From a virus (lineage: Duplodnaviria > Heunggongvirae > Uroviricota > Caudoviricetes): 22,503 bases of DNA. The stretch lies in the IMG/VR virus record IMGVR_UViG_2698536485_000016, positions 1-22,503 of that record. The stretch is one strand, 5' to 3'. Both the position numbers and the translations under genes were made by a program. Below the pieces are notes generated by a model. That model was not told where the DNA came from. It was given only the letters and a program-made list of their open reading frames with translations, and ran no database searches. Below, piece by piece: positions 18,393 to 22,503 of the stretch (position 1 is its first letter; each line of letters opens with the position of its first letter).

Positions 18393-20060
18393 ATGCCAGA
18401 ACAATTATACAACGTTGTTGTTTCACAACCAAGTCAGTTATTTACTTTAGCTCGCTCGTTTAAAGCAAATGCCAATGGCAAAATTTATATCGGAAAAATT
18501 GACACTGATCCGGTAAATCCTGAAAACCAGATCCAGGTTTATGTGGAGAATGAAGACGGCTCTCACGTTCCTGTTTCGCAACCAATCATCATTAACGCTG
18601 CTGGTTACCCTGTATATAACGGACAGATTGCCAAGTTTGTAACCGTGCAAGGCCATTCTATGGCTGTTTATGATGCGTACGGCGCGCAGCAGTTTTATTT
18701 TCCGAATGTACTGAAGTACGACCCGGATCAGCTTGAGCAGCGTCTTGCATCATCAATAGGTTCTTCCATGGTTGGCATTACCGATGGAAGGACAGTGCAT
18801 GATTTTATATCTGTTGATGACTATCAGAGAATTGGTGATATCCGTGGTTACGGGGCGACAAATGAAAACGTAAACCCTGTCAACATTGCCGTTGCCACAG
18901 GTGAGGCCAATGGTCTACTGAAGGTGCCTAATGGAGTATGGAGCGGTAATTTTGAGTTAAAAAATAAAACTAGCATAACTGGTGAATCCATAACATCAAC
19001 AGTTGTTAACGTTCCTATAAACACGATCGGAATAAAGCCTGAGGGCTCTGACGTTAGAGGGATTACTATATCAAACATGAATCTCCAAGTTAACGGATCT
19101 GTTGCTGGCGGTCCTCCTGTTGGTAGCGGGGTCGGAATAGACATGTCTTTTTGCGGAAAGGCAGTTAACTGTGAGTTTAACAACCTTTATCTCGATTTCT
19201 TTGATATTGGTTACAACGCTGGATATGCTGATTTTTCAAATATTTATAACAATATGAGGTGCAATAACAACCGAATCGGGATTAACCTATCCAGTAACGG
19301 AACAATTATTCAAAACGTGTTCAATGGGTGTTATGTTGCAAACTGGACGGCTTATGCCGTGAAAGTTTCTGGCGCTAGCAACCAGATATTCAACGCGCTT
19401 AACATGGGGCATAACGGATCCGCCAATGCTTATTTCCTGCAGATAGATACGAACTCAAGAGGAATCATATTTAATCAACCTAACTTCGAAATGGACGTTG
19501 CAAACGGGAAAATTACAGCAGGAGGCCAGGCTATCGTGGTCGCCTCTAGTTCTGAGGTTACATTTAACTCCCCGACATTCAACAGGGTTAACGCTGCAGG
19601 GGCAAATGCCTACCTGTTCCGGGTTAGGGGTAACGCTGTAGTACGTATAAACGACCCTCAAATCTACAACGACGATGGCACAATAGGTCACCTAATTATC
19701 AGTGATGAAGCTGTTGTTTATCTCAATGATCCAAATCGAATATTCACAGTAATTACTATCCAAGGTAATGGGAGGCTAATACGTGTTGACGAGAAGATAT
19801 CAAACTCCCCTAACTATACAAACATTCTTACTTTAAAATCTGGAGACATAATTAACTTTGGATTCTATGCAAGATATGCAATGGCGGTTCCAGATTTTCA
19901 CTCCAATACTATGCCATCACCATTCAAGTACGCAGTGAACTTTGACACTTACCATAGCAGTGGAACTGCCATTGCTCGAGTGTATGATACAACTACAGGA
20001 AATGGAGTATCAAACATCAATGTTACATGTTTCGTACAGGCGTGGAGAGAGGATAGATAA
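18393..20060 (+). CDS. Tailspike protein: conserved P22-type head-binding N-domain plus divergent parallel beta-helix receptor-binding domain
   Basis: N-terminal ~115 aa ([53 protein letters not shown]...) match the P22/Sf6 tailspike particle-binding domain; the remainder is Asn/Gly/Val/Ile-rich repeats typical of a beta-helix. Start could be 18384 or 18393. Confidence 0.85.
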   Translation: MPEQLYNVVVSQPSQLFTLARSFKANANGKIYIGKIDTDPVNPENQIQVYVENEDGSHVPVSQPIIINAAGYPVYNGQIAKFVTVQGHSMAVYDAYGAQQFYFPNVLKYDPDQLEQRLASSIGSSMVGITDGRTVHDFISVDDYQRIGDIRGYGATNENVNPVNIAVATGEANGLLKVPNGVWSGNFELKNKTSITGESITSTVVNVPINTIGIKPEGSDVRGITISNMNLQVNGSVAGGPPVGSGVGIDMSFCGKAVNCEFNNLYLDFFDIGYNAGYADFSNIYNNMRCNNNRIGINLSSNGTIIQNVFNGCYVANWTAYAVKVSGASNQIFNALNMGHNGSANAYFLQIDTNSRGIIFNQPNFEMDVANGKITAGGQAIVVASSSEVTFNSPTFNRVNAAGANAYLFRVRGNAVVRINDPQIYNDDGTIGHLIISDEAVVYLNDPNRIFTVITIQGNGRLIRVDEKISNSPNYTNILTLKSGDIINFGFYARYAMAVPDFHSNTMPSPFKYAVNFDTYHSSGTAIARVYDTTTGNGVSNINVTCFVQAWREDR

Positions 20061-20090
20061 AAATAGGGCGGTCTCCCCGCCCTATTTTTA
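20061..20090. terminator. Bidirectional intrinsic terminator between the convergent tailspike and acyltransferase genes
   Basis: Perfect 9-bp stem atagggcgg / ccgccctat with a 5-nt loop, flanked by AAAA on the left and TTTTT on the right. Confidence 0.7.
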
Positions 20091-21155
20091 TACTGTAACT
20101 AAATTGTCTTCATTTCTATTGGTTTTTCTTTTTAATTTAAGAAAATGTATTTCAAAAAGATAGTATGACGCAGTTGATACTATATATGCGATAGCAAACC
20201 CACATGCTATTATCACAGCATTATTGTTTACTCCAAACAAGGAGGCCATTTTGTTTGCAATTGAAAAACACAGCAAATGCCACATATACAAACCATAACT
20301 TATCTTTCCTGTAAATGTTAATGGCTTTAATGATAATGCTTTTGTTATTATTTGTTTTTTCCCTAGCACACTCCACTTGTAAATGAAAAAAATTGCAGAT
20401 GAAAAAATCATCCCAAACGCTGTAAACATATACCAGCATTTCCCAGCCCAATCTACAGGGTTCCAAAAAGCATTAAGACCAACAGAATTTATTCCATTAA
20501 GAACCAGCCCAACACCTGCTATAAAAGTTAAAAATCCTGATTCATATGCGTACTTCTCATCTTTTATCTTTGAAAACAGAGCGCCAAGAACTAACATGTC
20601 AATGCAACTGATAAGAGTTACATTTACAATGTATGGGTTTCCATCAGTGATTTGAAATATAAAATATCTTGATATACTTGATGTTATTATTAGTATAATA
20701 AAAATCAGATTCATATTCTTTTTGTTTATGAAAAATATGAATAGAGGCCAAAGCCAGTAAAATTGTTCTTCCACTGCAAGAGACCAGGTGTGCCCCAAAA
20801 TTCCAGGTGTTGTAACATTTATTCCTATATAATAGTTTTGTAGATAAGTTATAAACCACAAATAACCATCCGTTGGTTTCCCAGTTGCAATTAGAAGAAT
20901 AAAGTTAACAAGTAGGTAAGCATAAAATAACGGGAATATTCTAAGCGATCTATTTATAAGAAATCGTTTAATATAGTTACTAAAACCAGAGTCTTTATCC
21001 TCGATAAGGATTGAGGTAATTAAGAAACCAGATAAGCAAAAGAACAGCGGAACTCCAGACCAACCAAGAGAAAATCCTGAAACTTTGGCATGAAAAAGCA
21101 TTACAATGAGCACCGCAATACCTCTCACACCATCTAAAGATTGTATATGTTTCAT
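20088..21155 (-). CDS. Integral-membrane acyltransferase family 3 protein (O-antigen acetylase-like, probable lysogenic conversion gene)
   Basis: 355-aa polytopic membrane protein; N-terminal motif LDGVRGIAVLIVMLFH and multiple hydrophobic segments typical of the family; AT-rich; located between tailspike and integrase as in serotype-converting phages. Confidence 0.85.
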   Translation of the reverse strand: MKHIQSLDGVRGIAVLIVMLFHAKVSGFSLGWSGVPLFFCLSGFLITSILIEDKDSGFSNYIKRFLINRSLRIFPLFYAYLLVNFILLIATGKPTDGYLWFITYLQNYYIGINVTTPGILGHTWSLAVEEQFYWLWPLFIFFINKKNMNLIFIILIITSSISRYFIFQITDGNPYIVNVTLISCIDMLVLGALFSKIKDEKYAYESGFLTFIAGVGLVLNGINSVGLNAFWNPVDWAGKCWYMFTAFGMIFSSAIFFIYKWSVLGKKQIITKALSLKPLTFTGKISYGLYMWHLLCFSIANKMASLFGVNNNAVIIACGFAIAYIVSTASYYLFEIHFLKLKRKTNRNEDNLVTV

Positions 21156-21345
21156 GCTAAAAATCCATATTCTACGGGAAGCGGGAGTCTATCAGATTTA
21201 GTTGATATTATCTATATAGACTAACTAGATGTTATCTAGCGATTGACTGTCATTCTATGTATATTTTCACGCCTGTTATCATATAACTTGATCATTTGGT
21301 ATTTTGAGAGATTAACTTCTTTTGTTTCCAGTGTGGCTATGCCAA

Positions 21346-22503
21346 TTACTCCACCTTTTCATCAAGCCAGTCCGCCCACCACTGCATCATTTCTCTGCGT
21401 TTATCGAGATACTGAGCATGGTTGTAAATTCCGCGCACAGATCCGCCGTTGGCATGTGCAAGTTGCACTTCAATAGCGTCAGCAGGCCATTCGTGCTCGT
21501 TCATAATCGTGCTGAATTCATGCCTGAATCCGTGACCGCTTTCCAGACCCTCATAGCCGATTTGTTTAATCACAAGCAATACCGCGTTCTCGCAGATTGG
21601 CTTCTTCTTATCGTTGCGCCCGGCAAAAACAAACTCTGATACTGGTTTAGTGATGGAGCTTAGCGTAGTGAGAAGTTCAACCACCTGGTCTGACATAGGA
21701 ACAACATGAATCTTGCGTCCCTTCATCACATTGGCGTCGATGGTGATAATCCTGTTTTCAAAATCGACGTTCTTCCATAGCATGGAACGAAGCTCTTTTG
21801 TTCTGAGGGCTGTGTAGCGTAAAACTTTGGTCGCAATGAGCGATACGATACTTCCTGAAAATGTTGCCAGTGCTTTGTTAAATGCCGGGATCTGGTCTGC
21901 AGGAAGAAACGGGAAGTTCTTCTTGCGGTATCCTTTCATGGCGTCTGCAAGGTCAGGTGCCGGGTTATATTTAGCCCTTCCGGTGACAATAGCGTAACGG
22001 AAAACCTCGCCGCATCTTCTGCGGGCTTTGTTGGCTCGCTCCATTGCACCGCGATCTTCAAATCTGCGGATTACTTCCAGCAGTTGCATCGGCTCAATAT
22101 CCTGAATTTCAAGGCCGCCGATGATAGGTAAAATGTCGTCATCAAACATTTTTGCAAGTTCATTTGCATAGCCTACTGACCAGACTTGCTTCTTGTGCTC
22201 GTACCATTCCTTGTAAATCGCACTAAAGGAATTGTTGTTAGACGAAGCCTTTTTCGCTTTTACCGGATCGATGCCAACCGAGATGTCTTTCCTCGCAGTC
22301 CATGCTTTATCCCTTGCCTCCTGCAAAGTCATAAGCGGGTATTTTCCGACGGTCAGGATTTTCTCCTTACCGTCAATCTTGTAGCGAAGCTGCCATACCT
22401 TTTTCCCGGATACAGGGACATAAAGGTACAGGCCATTACCATCGAGTAGGCGGTATGGTTTTTCTTTCGGCTTAGCTGCTTCAATCTGCTTAACGGTGAG
22501 CAT
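21346..22503 (-). CDS. int: Tyrosine integrase, P4-like (N-terminal DUF4102-type arm-binding domain)
   Basis: N-terminus MLTVKQIEAAKPKEKPYRLLDGNGLYLYV typical of the family; C-terminal catalytic motifs HGFRHEF and RGIYNHAQY. The start codon occupies 22501-22503, so the upstream region is outside the window. Confidence 0.9.
   Translation of the reverse strand: MLTVKQIEAAKPKEKPYRLLDGNGLYLYVPVSGKKVWQLRYKIDGKEKILTVGKYPLMTLQEARDKAWTARKDISVGIDPVKAKKASSNNNSFSAIYKEWYEHKKQVWSVGYANELAKMFDDDILPIIGGLEIQDIEPMQLLEVIRRFEDRGAMERANKARRRCGEVFRYAIVTGRAKYNPAPDLADAMKGYRKKNFPFLPADQIPAFNKALATFSGSIVSLIATKVLRYTALRTKELRSMLWKNVDFENRIITIDANVMKGRKIHVVPMSDQVVELLTTLSSITKPVSEFVFAGRNDKKKPICENAVLLVIKQIGYEGLESGHGFRHEFSTIMNEHEWPADAIEVQLAHANGGSVRGIYNHAQYLDKRREMMQWWADWLDEKVE

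Larger units (their letters stand above)
1..22503. mobile_element. Late region of a temperate lambdoid / P22-Sf6-like podovirus (prophage or phage genome segment)
   Basis: Contiguous phage gene order Q, lysis, terminase, portal, scaffold, coat, tail accessory, ejection proteins, tailspike, integrase; tight or overlapping gene junctions; all morphogenetic genes on one strand. Confidence 0.85.

Noticed and set aside
18371-18412. TTG start at 18412 for the HNH ORF
   Set aside because: The ATG at 18370 has a strong GGAG SD at ideal spacing; the TTG extension would overlap the tailspike start and lacks an SD.
18848-19183. 111-aa minus-strand ORF inside the tailspike gene
   Set aside because: Antisense to the tailspike beta-helix region; no RBS or homology.
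21322-21639. 105-aa and 77-aa +-strand ORFs inside the integrase region
   Set aside because: Antisense to the integrase gene, which has unmistakable catalytic motifs; no independent support.
1-22503. CRISPR arrays, tRNA genes, IS elements or a recognisable defence operon
   Set aside because: No regularly spaced direct repeats, no tRNA-like cloverleaf sequences, no transposase-like ORFs, and no ORF with nuclease/ATPase combinations outside the expected phage terminase and HNH genes.

Overview
This window is the late half of a temperate, mosaic enterobacterial phage or prophage, read almost entirely on the + strand. It has three parts. (1) A lambda-type late-control and lysis cassette: 5'-truncated antiterminator Q, pR'/qut, the tR' terminator, holin S, endolysin R, and Rz with Rz1 nested inside it. 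I recognise this from memory as near-identical to phage lambda; no alignment was run. (2) A Rha-family accessory gene, then a P22/Sf6-like podovirus packaging and virion module: small and large terminase, portal, scaffold, coat, gp4-, gp10-, gp26- (tail needle), gp14-like proteins and three ejection proteins. (3) A variable right end: a minus-strand Mnt-like repressor and an HNH-AP2 endonuclease, a chimeric tailspike, an AT-rich minus-strand family-3 acyltransferase (O-antigen acetylase-like) and a P4-type tyrosine integrase whose start codon sits on the last base of the window. I found no CRISPR array, tRNA or toxin cargo, and no defence system I can confidently name. The most interesting loci are the orphan mnt/HNH block, the tailspike/acyltransferase specificity cassette and two unusually long non-coding gaps around the Rha gene. 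All homology calls rest on reading the translations and on remembered family features, not on database searches.
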